This document shows, one piece after another, positions 26,001 to 38,002 of a stretch of DNA of 42,993 nt. Numbering within the stretch: position 1 is the stretch's first letter; every line of letters begins with the position of its first letter. A program made the translations under genes and the position numbers. The notes under the pieces were generated by a model, which was given only the letters and a program-made list of their open reading frames with translations, ran no database searches and was not told the origin of the DNA. Source of the stretch: Octopus sinensis (Eukaryota); assembly GCF_006345805.1 (NCBI RefSeq), contig NW_021832639.1, forward strand, positions 1 to 42,993, given 5' to 3'.

Positions 26001-26570
26001 CATTTTGAACGTAAAAAACAATTAGCATTGTGTCGTTTCAGGATTTTCCAAAACAACAAAGTTTTGACTGTTCCATTCTTTATTTGAGAGTGAGATACTG
26101 ATTCTCATCTTCGAAAAAAATTAATTGGCATTATTACAAGAACGAAAAGGAATGCACTACAGCGATTCGTATTATTTAGTTACTGGGAATTATTTCGAAT
26201 AATTTCGGAATGTTAATTATTTTTATCACCAAAATGTGTCAGGAATCAAAATTTGGTTTACACGTAAATTTATTTTAATGTGTGAGTAATCTAGATCTCA
26301 TGTAACACATATATTCGGTGGCATAGTATTAAAAATACTTTGAGATTAAAAAAAAACAACATAATCTAAAAGTTTATCTATTTCACATAATTTCGAAATT
26401 TCAACTGCGTTGCGGAGCCTGAAGATATAAATTCTAGAGCTTCAGATTTTAAAAGTACTCTTGCTTTTAAAGGATTTCGTAACAATGAAAGATAAAATGA
26501 GGAACGGCAAACGTGTTGTAAATTGATTATTCGCTCATCATTCAAAATATTAAAATTTCAGTTGAGCTTA
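23068..26570 (+). mobile_element. Decayed DDE DNA transposon, hAT-like (possibly hATm group); transposase pseudogene ~23550-25960
   Basis: Motifs GCDGT..STG..GG, CxxH (CQLHANELPLRH), ARWLTTANR and PCHNHAVERCVKLVTEAS. Imperfect long terminal inverted similarity (ttgttacgaa/ttcgtaacaa, gagcgaa/ttcgctc). GCTCAA is present on both sides. Confidence 0.75.
24943..25320 (+). mobile_element. tRNA-derived SINE family A inserted in the transposase, 11-bp TSD
   Basis: TSD tctgaagtgag at 24932-24942 and 25321-25331; A and B boxes present. Confidence 0.95.
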
Positions 26571-26747
26571 GCTCAACTCGTTAAGGTCAAGCAACTGACA
26601 AACAAGTCTGTGGCATTGAGCAGAATATTTGCTATAGTCCATCTTTTATAACAAGGCAAAACATGTACAAAACACTTCCAATCAGTTGAGATCAGAAGTC
26701 ATGAGCGTCAGTGTCTAGTACTGCATCAGGACATTTGTTGCTGTTAC

Positions 26748-26837
<90 letters not shown>

Positions 26838-26991
26838 CATCATCATGAGGTGCTAATGAGATGATAGCCAGGTTTATATAATCCCCCTCTCTTTTTTCTT
26901 TTTTCTTTTTTCTTTCTTTCTTTCTCTCTCTCTCTCTTCTTTCTTCTTTCTTTCTTTCTCTTTATGTATGTGGAGATATATATATATATAT

Positions 26992-28104
26992 ATTCGCACA
27001 AAACAACGTAAACTCCCCTCACTCCTTCATTCCGTCACAGCCGATGCCACTACCCCACCCTCCCTCCTCGATACACCTCTTCCTCATTCTCACCCCAACC
27101 CTTCCGTTACTCCGACCCCCACCACGCACTTACCCCTCCTCTCTCTTCCCCCAACCTTTCACTGCCCCCAACTACCCCTCCCACATCTAACTCATCCACT
27201 CTTCCCCACTTCAGTTTGTTGTGACCATTCCTCCCGATCCCCCCCTCTATGAGGCGGAGTACTCTCTCCTCCGTAGGGGTCTGCGCTTCATACCCCTCAC
27301 TGATATTGATAGCTTTGTGCGCTGTGTCAGGCTATATGCACTATTCCACAACACTCCACCGGCATTTAACGAAGAGGACTGCTTCACCGACCTGGGCCGC
27401 CGAACATCCCACTGGCCAGTTCCAAGCAGTCGATCAATTTTCAGGCATCTGCTAACGTGTTGTGGACCGGTTTAACTTTCGCAAGCGTCCCCGACAAAGG
27501 AACATCTTCCCGGCCAAACTCTCGACACGTCGATGTCTCCGACACCGCAAAGACCTTATCATAAAACCTGCCGACAAGAGTGGAGCCGAGGTGGTGTACC
27601 GCGCAGACTTATTACAAGTCTGAAGCTCTCCGCCAACGTTAAGACACTTCCTTCTATTGGCCTCTGCCCTCAAACCCCACGCCTAGCTACCAATAGACTG
27701 TGACCTCCGCTATCCATGACCTCATCTCCTCATTTCGTCTCCCTCCCACTGCCTCCAACCTCATTGTTCGCACTCAATGTATCCCCACCATTTACTTCCT
27801 TACCAAAATCCACAAACCTAACAACCCTGGCCGCCCCATCCACTCCGCCTGTAACTGCCCCACAGAACTGATCTCGAAATACCTCGACCGTGTTCTTGCG
27901 CCCCCATTGGCTTCCCTCCCCTCCCACACCCACAACACTAACCATGTTCTCCGTCTTTTCAACTCTTTCTTCTTCCCTCCTGATCTCTCTAAACTTCTCT
28001 CTCTTCACTCTTGATATCAAGCGTCTATATACGGTTATCCCAGACAACGAAAGACTTCTTGCCCTCAAACACTACCTAGACCTTCGACTAAAATCCCAAC
28101 CTTA
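26992..28104 (+). mobile_element. Penelope-like element RT remnant (N-terminal RT, truncated after motif A)
   Basis: LLRRGLRFIP, IIKPADKSG, YFLTKIHKPNNPGRPI.SACNCPTE.ISKYLD and TLDIKRLYTVIP, spread across frameshifts. These are typical PLE RT motifs. Confidence 0.88.
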
Positions 28105-28443
28105 ACAAGCGCTGTTGGTTTTTTTTACATTCCTGCAACTTAACGGTTCAGCAAAAGATACCGATAAAAAGTACTAGGCTTTAAAAAACTAAATCCGGAG
28201 ATGGTGACGATAAAAGGACTAACAGTTGAACACTAGGGTCGGTTCATTTCTGTGTTCAAATGCCGCACGCGGTGACGTTGCCTTTCATCCATTCTGGGTC
28301 GATAAAGTAAGTAGCAGCTGAGCACCGGGGTTGATCTATTCGATTTAACCCCTCACCCGAAATTACTGGCCTTTTGCCAAAACTTGAAACCGTTCAATTG
28401 GATCTTTTCCTAAATGTAGACACGTATACCTCCATGCAGCATT

Positions 28444-28869
28444 GCAGGAGTGGCTGTGTGGTAAGTAGTTTGCTAACCAACTACATGGTTCCGGGTTCAG
28501 TCCCACTGCGTGGCATCTTGGGCAAGTGTCTTCTGCTATAGCCCCAGGCCGACCAAAGCCTTGTGAGTGGATTTGGTAGACGGAAACTGAAAAGAAGCCT
28601 GTCGTATATATGTATATATATAATATATATATATGTATGTGTGTGTGTGTTTGTGTGTCTGTGTTTGTCCCCCTCGCATTGCTTGACAACCGATGCTGGT
28701 GTGTTTACGTCCCCGTCACTGAGCGGTTCGGCAAAAGAGACCGATAGAATAAGTACTGGGCTTACAAAAGAATAAGTCCCGGGGTCGATTTGCTCGACTA
28801 AAGGCGGTGCTCCAGCATGGCCGCAGTCAAATGGCTGAAACAAGTAAAAGAGTAAAGAGTAAAAGAGTT
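28444..28869 (+). mobile_element. SINE family C (tRNA head, CORE-like segment, internal TA/TG microsatellite, gtaaaaga tail)
   Basis: tggctgtgtgg A box, ggttcagtcc B box, cttgggcaagtgtctt; collinear with 35366-35797 and 40948-41392. Confidence 0.9.
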
Positions 28870-29329
28870 ATGTTATTTCAACGCATCCAAAATGAACTTA
28901 CTGACTTTGTTCACACGATTATTTTCGGCTCGTTGAAGAAATATTTGTCTGTTGCTCAAATGACTATATCCACCTTCTCCAGTCATATCTGTAGACGTAT
29001 TTCTATCTTTGTGAGAAATGGACAGCTGAAAAATCCTATAGACCGTTGTTCCTTTATAAATGCTGGTTTCTGCAGTCTAATACTTGACCATATCATCTCA
29101 TTTGACTGTTTTATTTTCGTTGTCCTTTTGCGTTTAAGCATTGATCTTCTGTGGCCTCATCGTGTGAACACCTTCCGTTTCCGCTTTTAGTCCAGAAGTT
29201 TTCAGCTGTTGTCAACTTTCATATCGACTCATTTCCTCTGTCGGAGCATTCTTGCACAATACACACCATAGAGAAGATTTTCGGTCTCCCCTTCTCTCGC
29301 TCTCTCCCTCTCACGTTCTCTCTTTCTCT

Positions 29330-29437
29330 ACACACACGTATATATACACACATATATATATATACATATATACATGTATGTGCATATATATATTGTATGT
29401 ATATACATACAAGCACACACACACACACACACATATG

Positions 29438-29534
<97 letters not shown>

Positions 29535-29581
29535 ATATATATATACTATGTATATTATATATATATATAAATATATGTATG

Positions 29582-29628
<47 letters not shown>

Positions 29629-29702
29629 GTATATATATATATATAGTGTGTATATGTATTATATATATACATATATTTATGTATTATATATATATACGTG
29701 TG

Positions 29703-29745
<43 letters not shown>

Positions 29746-31080
29746 GCTTACATACACATACATACATGTATGCACGTCCATGCATATACATATATACATA
29801 CATACGTACACACACAACTTTCCTGTCGCTCGTTTATATTCTTTAGCTTAGATTTGAGTTTTAGCTCTTCGTTCTTTAATCAAATATTTCTGTTATTCTT
29901 TCTTTCCTTCTTATCAACATGTATTCTTCACTTTTGCTTCGTCCAGTTTCTTGATTGTTTTCTTCTGTTTTTGTTTTTTTTTTTAATTTTTTTTCATCTG
30001 AATGTTTAGTTACATAGGAACAGATAGCCTTCGAAGTCATTGTCGATCAGCACGCTCGGTGGAGCGCATACGGGAGAAATTTGTTTGGCAATTTTTTTTA
30101 GTTAGCATCTGTACGACCATGTGTATGTATGTATGTATGTATGTATGAATATATGTATGTATGTATGTACGTATGTATGTACGTATGTATGTATGTATGT
30201 ACGTATGTATGTACGTATGTATGTATGTATGAATATATGTATGTATGTATGTACGTATGTATGTACGTATGTATGTACATATGTATGTATGTTTGTATGA
30301 ATATATGTATTTATGTACGTATGTATGTACGTATGTATGTTTGTATGTATGTATGTATGTATATGTATGTATGTATGTATGTATGAATATATGTATGTAT
30401 GTACGTATGTATGTACGTATGTATGTACGTATGTATGTACGTATGTATGTATGTATGTATGTATGTATGAATATATGTATGTACGTATGTATGTATGTAT
30501 GTATGTATGTATGTATGAATATACGTATGTATGTATGTACGTATGTATATATGTATGTACGTATGTATGTATGTATGTATGTATGTATGTATGAATATAT
30601 GTATGTATGTATGTACGTATGTATGTACGTATGTATGTATGTATGCATGTATGTGTGTATGTATGTCTGTAGGTATGTATGTATGTATGTATGAATATAT
30701 GTATCTATGTATGTCCGTATGTATGTACGTATGTATGTACGTATGTATGTATGTATGTATGTATGTACGTACGTACGTATGTATGTAGTATGTATGTATG
30801 TATGTATGTATGTATGTATGTATGAATATGTATGTATGTATGTATGTATGTACGTATGTATGTACGTGTGTATGTATGTGTGTATGTATGTGTATGTATG
30901 TATGTATGTACGTATGTATGTATGTATATATATAAGTGTGTGTGTAAAGTACTGAAATAAAATTAGGATAGATGTATATTACATATATATATATATACAT
31001 ATATACATATACGTGTATACACACAAAGACACATACACACACCAACACACTCACACACACACACACATATATATACATTT
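29330..31080. repeat. (TA)n tract 29330-29815 and (TATG)n tract 30120-30930
   Basis: Seen directly. Confidence 0.95.
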
Positions 31081-31577
31081 CTGAGTGTGTGTGTGATTGA
31101 AAAATCGTAACGTAAAATATAAACTTAGATTACGAGACAGTTCAGCACCAAATAAACGTTATGAACTCTACTTTCTATATTGAGCACGCTTTGCCGATTT
31201 TGGAAGCACAATTATGAATCATCCCACACAAACACACAGGCACACACATACACACAAACATATACACACAAACATACATACACACACAATTCTAGATAGG
31301 TAGGTAAGTAGACATGCGTATGTATAGGTGGTAACGTTATTCTGAAATTAGAAAAGCTTGAACGACAAAGAAAACAGAATTCATATTGTTTTATTACAAG
31401 TGAAAACTTTTTAAACGTAAATTTTGATACATACAAACATATATACATACATACATGCATATATACATGTGTATATATATACACACACTCACACATATAT
31501 ATGTATATACATATTCATATATATTCGTGTGTATCGACAAATCTGTTTATCTGTCTATCTATCAATCTCTCTCTGTC

Positions 31578-31640
<63 letters not shown>

Positions 31641-31701
31641 TATTTCGTAATGAGATAAAAACCAAGGCTGTGTAGATTTTAGAACATTTATAGATAGAAG
31701 G

Positions 31702-31749
31702 TCTTACAGCTGTTTCCAGGATATTTATTATATCCCTTTATCAAAAGAG
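31702..31749 (-). other. Decayed minimal hammerhead-like motif
   Basis: Minus strand: tctt-TTGATAA-AG-GGATAT-aataa-ATATCC-TG-GAA-ACAGCTGT-A-aga; palindromic stem III, mutated core. Confidence 0.4.
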
Positions 31750-31887
31750 ATATATTAATTACACTTATAAACGCTAGACACGAACAGGCTATGACATGTC
31801 CACACAAGACAAAATATGCGTTTAAACGATTTCAGTAAACGTAACTTAACAACTCTTTCGTAATTATACTCGTTATTAAAATAAGGA

Positions 31888-32044
31888 TTCCCGTGGTGTG
31901 CGTCCTTTCAAATACAAAACCCGGATCACTGCTCGACACTCAACAGGTTCCATTTCACACTTGACTCAGTTCAAACACCTGTAAATCAGAAACCACAATT
32001 ACTTCAGAGCTGTAATTTGCCACTTAATCTATAGAGATATAAAT
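31888..32044 (-). mobile_element. Fragment of the mariner element at 33686-34576, inverted
   Basis: Reverse complement of ~33762-33918, including the transposase start codon. Confidence 0.9.
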
Positions 32045-32726
32045 TAATAGAGTTATAAATTAATGATATTTTTACAAATAATACTAATAATACTAATAAA
32101 TATAATTATAGAAATAATAGCGATAATAATAATTGAGAGTATGACCCCAAAATAAGTGAAATTTCTCAGAATAAATAATTTCTCAGTACAGTAAGAACGT
32201 AAACAAAATTGTTACAATTAATTGTAATATAAATGAAGATTTTAAAACCACGATTCAAATGTAAAGTGATTATAAGGCCAGAATCCAGACCGATTTAAAA
32301 AGTAACGCTATGGTCTTCAACTGAATTCCAACGTAGGAAGCTTATTGGAATCGGTTACCGCCGTAAGTGGTGGACCCATGGTGAAACTGCTGCGACTAGG
32401 ATGCGTAATTGCATACAGGGCAATGTGTAGTTGCGGCAATAAAAATATATGTTGGTCTTTGTTATATATGCTGTAGAAAACGTGTCAATAAACAGTTTTG
32501 GGTGTGATTAAATCTCCATTATCCACTTGGTTTCCAATTATATACACAGTCTTTCAATTTTTTACTCTTTTACTTGTTTCAGTAATTTGACTGAATATTG
32601 GTCTCTTTTGCCGAACCGCTAAGTTACGGGGACGTAAGAACACCAACATAGCCAAATAGCTCCAAACTGAGTCAATGTCGCGACTGATATATTAAATATA
32701 TATATATATATTTATTTATATATATA

Positions 32727-33330
32727 TTTATATATAGAGGGCATTATTATACATACATGCCTCACGCTAAGAGGGAAATCAGTCATTTCTACCAAAAACT
32801 TTTACTAATCATACCCAATGCAATTTTTCAAAGCAAGACATTTAAAAAATGAATTTAGTCTTGTATCACCTGTGATTTCGCACTTACCGCAGAGTTGCGA
32901 CCATGCTCATCAGCAAGACTGATTCTGAACATATCATAAATAAACGACCAGTACCGTCAAAGTCGAACAGCCATCTGCTCTATTCCAACGAAGCACATGG
33001 AGAAGTTTACAAATCATACATCCGGTAAATGGCGGGCTTCTTCGAATTGCATTTCGGTTGGGAAAAGTTTTTTCGGAATATATTTAACAATTAAGGATAA
33101 CTTCTTAATAAGGAATCTTAACAAGAAATTATCAGGTAGATAGCGTGAAAAACCTCATAAAAGAAAAATTTCGAAAATAATTCTTTCTTATTGAACATAT
33201 TAATTTATATATAGAGGGCATTATTATACATACATGCCTCACGCTAAGAGGGACATCAGTCATTTCTACCAAAAAATTTTACTAATCATACCCAATGCAA
33301 TTTTTCAAAGCAAGACATTTAAAAAATGAA
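32727..33330 (-). mobile_element. 477-bp-period partial tandem element (retrozyme or PLE pseudo-LTR-like) carrying a hammerhead
   Basis: ~127-bp direct repeats at 32727-32853 and 33204-33330; the ribozyme adjoins the left repeat. Confidence 0.7.
32857..32920 (-). ncRNA. Type I hammerhead ribozyme, canonical core
   Basis: AGUCUUG-CUGAUGA-GCAU-[ggUCGCAacucUGCGGuaa]-GUGC-GAA-AUCAC-ag-GUGAU-A^-CAAGACU. Perfect 7-bp stem I, stem II, stem III and an AUA cleavage triplet. Confidence 0.9.
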
Positions 33331-33371
33331 ATATTAAATATTAAATGAAATATTAAAATGTTAAATATGTA

Positions 33372-33403
<32 letters not shown>

Positions 33404-33447
33404 ATATATATATTATATTATATATATATATTATATATATATATAGT

Positions 33448-33651
33448 ATATTTGTTTTGCTAGATTCTTGACGTGAAGTCATGTGTTAAACATGTTGTTG
33501 TATTTAGGAATGGTCATGTTGCCAGTTAAGATTAATGTAAAAAATAAATAAAGCTGAAGCAAATTAACACCAAATATATAGTGCGTGTGTTTTTATTGGC
33601 TAAACTGGCAACGTGACCATTCTCAATACAACAAAATCTGTTTCAACATAC
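33448..33651. mobile_element. Dispersed relative of the 185-bp array family in inverted arrangement
   Basis: 33448-33527 is the reverse complement of ~5438-5521; 33526-33651 matches ~5360-5487. Confidence 0.85.
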
Positions 33652-33652
33652 A

Positions 33653-33685
<33 letters not shown>

Positions 33686-34576
33686 CACGAGGGACGTTTA
33701 ATAAGTAATGCCCCTGACCCACTTGCAGTTGTTTGATCTAGCTGAAATTTTGCATGTGCAATTATTTATATATCTATGGATTAAGTGGCAAATTACAGCT
33801 CTGAAGTAATTGTGGTTTCTGATTTACAGGTATTTGAACTGAGTCAAGTGTGAAATGGAGCCTGTTGAGTGTCGAGCAGTGATGCGGTTTTTGTATTTGA
33901 AAGGACGCATACCACGGAAGACTTTTGATGAAATGAAAGTAACTTATGGTGATGATGCCCCATCATATGACCTTGTAAAACGCTGGCATCGTGAATTCAA
34001 ACATGGTCGGAACTCTGTGGAAACAGCTCCCAGATCTGGTCGCCCTCCTTCTGCCATTGATGAGGCATCTGTCCGTTAAGTTGAGGCTGCCATTTTGGAA
34101 GATCGACGCATAACTATTCGCCAAATAGCCCATGAGGTCAAGATTAGTACTATCAAAATCAAGAGGCGGGGCAAGATCAGCGAAGGCATCCTCATCCTGC
34201 AGGACAACGCTCCGGTCCACAACTCGCTTGTCGCCAGATCAGAAGCACAGGCGTGCGGCTATGAACTCCTCCTCCATCCACCCTACTCTCCTGACCTTGC
34301 ACCCTCTGATTTTCACCTCTTCCCAGCCATGAAGTTGTTTCTAAAAGGAAAGCGTTTCCCAGATGATGCAGCTTGATTTCTGAAGTCACGTCGTGGTTGG
34401 AGGACCAAGCTGGGGGCTTCTACAAAAATGGTCTGCAGAACTGCATCAGACGATGGGAGAAATGCGTAACTCTGGGTGGTTCCTATGTAGAAAAAGACTA
34501 ATAACTGTGCCAAGTTTCGTTGCTCTACTGCTATGGAACGTGGATCAGGGGCATTACTTATTGAACGCCCCTCGTA
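33686..34576 (+). mobile_element. Internally deleted mariner (DD34D) transposon; transposase pseudogene from 33855
   Basis: ~37-bp TIRs (acgaggg.cgtt.aataagtaatgcccctga.ccac), TA flanks, HTH region with RSGRP, QDNAPVH and HPPYSPDLAPSD with 34 residues between the aspartates; stops and a frameshift. Confidence 0.95.
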
Positions 34577-34592
34577 TATATATATATAATAT

Positions 34593-34655
<63 letters not shown>

Positions 34656-34912
34656 GTGCACGTGCGCGTATGTATGCATCTGTAGCATATTTGTGTGTGT
34701 ATATGTATGTTTAGATGTGACGTGTTTATGTGTGAATATATGTTTGTTTAATTCTGTAAATGAACTGCATTTGGCTGAGATTATTGCAGGCGCAAAGACT
34801 GACGACTCCTGCAGGAAAAAAAACAGAAATAGCAGATCCTTTGCAAATACATTGCCTGTTTCATTCTCCTGAGATCGTCTGAAATACGGAACATTAGATG
34901 AAGAGACACAAA

Positions 34913-34953
<41 letters not shown>

Positions 34954-35365
34954 AGAGAAAGAGAACGGCAGAGGTAGAAAAGTGAGAGAAAGAGAGAGAG
35001 AGAGAGAGACGGAGAATGAGAAAGAGAGGTGGAGTGCATTCAAAGTGAAGGAAGAACACACACACACACATATGCGAAAGGATTGTTTCACTTTCCACAT
35101 ACCACGTCCACTCACAAGGCTTTGGTCGGCCCAAGGTCGTAGTTGGAGCCATTCGTCCATTTTAACACGCGGTGTTGGCTGAACCCAAAACCATACGGTA
35201 GGTAAGCAAACTTTTTACCATAACCACCACCAATATTTTTGCGTGTGTGTGTGAGAGAGAGAGGAAGTGTACGTATCTGTGTGCATTTATGTGTGCATAT
35301 ACTCATTCTTTGAGCTCTATTTTCCCGTTTTATAGCCATGTATATATATATATATATATATATAT

Positions 35366-35797
35366 ACTCTTTTACTGTTTTACTTGTTTCAGTCATTTGA
35401 CTGCGGCTATGCTGGAGCACCGCCTAATGGAGAAACTCGACCGGGACGTATTCTTTTTTGTAAGCCCAGTACTTATTCTATCGGTCTCTTTTGCCGAACC
35501 GCTAAGTAACGGGGACGTAAACACACCAGCATCGGTTGTCAAGCAATGCTAGGGGGACAAAACAGACATACAAACACACACACACGCACACACACACACA
35601 ACACACACAATATATATATATATATATATATATATACGATGGATTCTTTCAGTTTCCGTCTACAAATCCACTCATCAAGGCTTTGGTCGGCCCGAGGCTA
35701 TAGCAGAAGACACTTACCCAAGATGCCACGCAGTGGACTGAACCCGGAACCATGTGGTTGGTAAGCAAGCTACTTACCACACAGTCACTCCTGCGCC
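35366..35797 (-). mobile_element. SINE family C copy
   Basis: Reverse-collinear with 28444-28869. Confidence 0.9.
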
Positions 35798-35828
<31 letters not shown>

Positions 35829-35839
35829 CATCTATATAG

Positions 35840-36213
35840 CAGGTGATTCAAAAGTCACCATATATAGGAATAATTTATCTTTTTATAAGAAACAGTTTAT
35901 AAGAACAGGTTTCTTTTTCTATTTAAGAGTCTCCATATGGTTACCTTTGTTTTGAATACACATTGCAATACGTTTACTCCTACTCATTGCGAACTCGTAA
36001 TTGCACATCTGGTGATACGTGTGCAAAGGAGTTGGTGATACGTTCCTTCAAATGATATATGTCTTTTATCTTTCTGCGATACACCATGCCTCTCACATGC
36101 CCCCAAAGATAGAAATCAAGAGGGGTCAGATCAGGGAACCCAGGGGATCTTATAAACCGTTTCTTATAAAAGTATAAATTTTTCCTATGTATGGAGACTT
36201 TTGAATCACCCTG
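35840..36213 (-). mobile_element. Short Tc1/mariner deletion derivative (rosa-like transposase C-terminus)
   Basis: ~65-bp imperfect TIRs (ggtgattcaaaagtc.ccata.atagga). The internal minus strand encodes PDLTPLDFYLWG...VY...HLKERI...RIAMCIQNKGNHMETLK*. Confidence 0.85.
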
Positions 36214-36220
36214 TTATATA

Positions 36221-36261
<41 letters not shown>

Positions 36262-37289
36262 ATATATATATATATATATATACACATACATACATAATAC
36301 ACACACATGCACATACGTACATAGACATATATACACACATACGCATGAATTCATTGTGGCATGGATTGTTCTGTACTGCTCTTTCCCTTTTGTTCCTAGT
36401 GGGGATAACAAACATTGCCAGGCGAGTTACTGCATAAGCAAGTTCTATCTTTCCCCACTTGCAACATTTAACAATTGGCACCATACCGTTGTTCACACAC
36501 TCCGACTTTGAATGATCGTTTGATAAATGCATAAAACTTCTAAACGGTAAAATTTTGTGAAGTGTAAGATGTCCCATAGCCAGAAGCTAAACGAATAACT
36601 TAAAAGGTGTTATAATTCTGCTAACTGTTTCTTAAAGCAATAACGAATCTGATCAGAAACACTGAATCTGTTTAATCTTTTTAAATGCGTCTTCTTTATT
36701 TGACGATAGCGAAGGCAGGAGAGAAGGCATCACAATTTACTGAAAAAAAAATTAAATTAAAAACGTAAACTGACTAAAGATAAGAACAAAATACTAAGAA
36801 AAACTAGAAGATATCCACAAGTAAAAGAATAGAAAAGCAGAAAAAGTGGTAAATAAAAATACGTTAAAGAAAAAAGAAACGAAAGAAACGAAGTAAAGGT
36901 TAATAAAACGAAATGTACCGAAACTATATAAAATGGCGTATAACGAAATGAAATGAAGGCAGCCATTTTGTAAACTCGTAATAAAATAGCCGAAACTTAC
37001 TCTACTTCAATTATTCCAATTTATAGTTACAGGGAGTGAAATTTATAGACCAAAACAAATGATTCCTTTCTCTTTCTTTTGGTATATAATTTCTTGATTT
37101 GACAACTTCGTATTCTCCCAGTAACTGCAGCTGTTCAAATGTGTATGGATGGATATGTGTGTAGGTGTTTATGTGTGGATGTAGGTATGTATTATTCATG
37201 TACGTATGTACGTATGCGTGCTTCTATAACAGTATATGTGTGTGTATCTGTAAGTAGGTGTGCCTGAATCTATCTATGTATGTACATAC

Positions 37290-37329
<40 letters not shown>

Positions 37330-37530
37330 TTGTGTGTGCTTGTGCGTGTGAATGTGAGATGTGTATATACATATATATATATGTGTGTGTGTGTGCATGT
37401 GTGTAAGCGTGTGTATGGATATATCTATGTATCTATGTATAATCGTAAATACGTATTGTACATGTATGTATTTGTGTTTCTACTTATGTGTGCATGCATG
37501 TGTGTGTGTTCGTGTGTGTTTGTTTGTTTG

Positions 37531-37588
<58 letters not shown>

Positions 37589-37728
37589 TTTATTTGTATT
37601 TGAGACTTATTTTAATTCTGTAATTCTTTTCCGTACAATTCATGCCGGTCACCAACAAAATGACAGCAATTCATTGTTATGAAAACAGTTACCGAAATTT
37701 ATGTATCTGTGAATGTGAGTTAATGCCT

Positions 37729-37775
<47 letters not shown>

Positions 37776-37947
37776 CAACACACACACACACACACGCACG
37801 AACACACATACACACGCACGAACACACATACACACATAAATACATACATAGGTATATATATATATATATATAAATAATGCATGTACGTGTGTATGTAGGA
37901 TATATAGATGAATATACATACACACACACATGTATATATATGATATA

Positions 37948-38002
<55 letters not shown>

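Larger units (their letters stand above)
22681..26732. mobile_element. Second copy of the (ATT)n-flanked repeat, split by a DNA transposon (halves 22681-23067 and 26571-26732)
   Basis: Joining ...cagccactaaaggagacgctcaa to ctcgttaaggtcaa... restores the sequence seen intact at ~16490-16525. Confidence 0.85.

Noticed and set aside
29252-31078. Long Tyr/Ile/His/Thr ORFs (up to 255 aa)
   Set aside because: These are translations of (TA)n and (TATG)n microsatellites.
33130-33275. Possible GIY-YIG/PLE C-terminal peptide on the minus strand (…MFNKKELFSK…)
   Set aside because: Resemblance to PLE ORF ends is short and interrupted by stops; it would need TBLASTN/HMM support.
34799-34822. Other isolated CTGANGA matches (also ~1339, 26419, 41458)
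   Set aside because: None is followed by a stem II, GAAA and closing stems.
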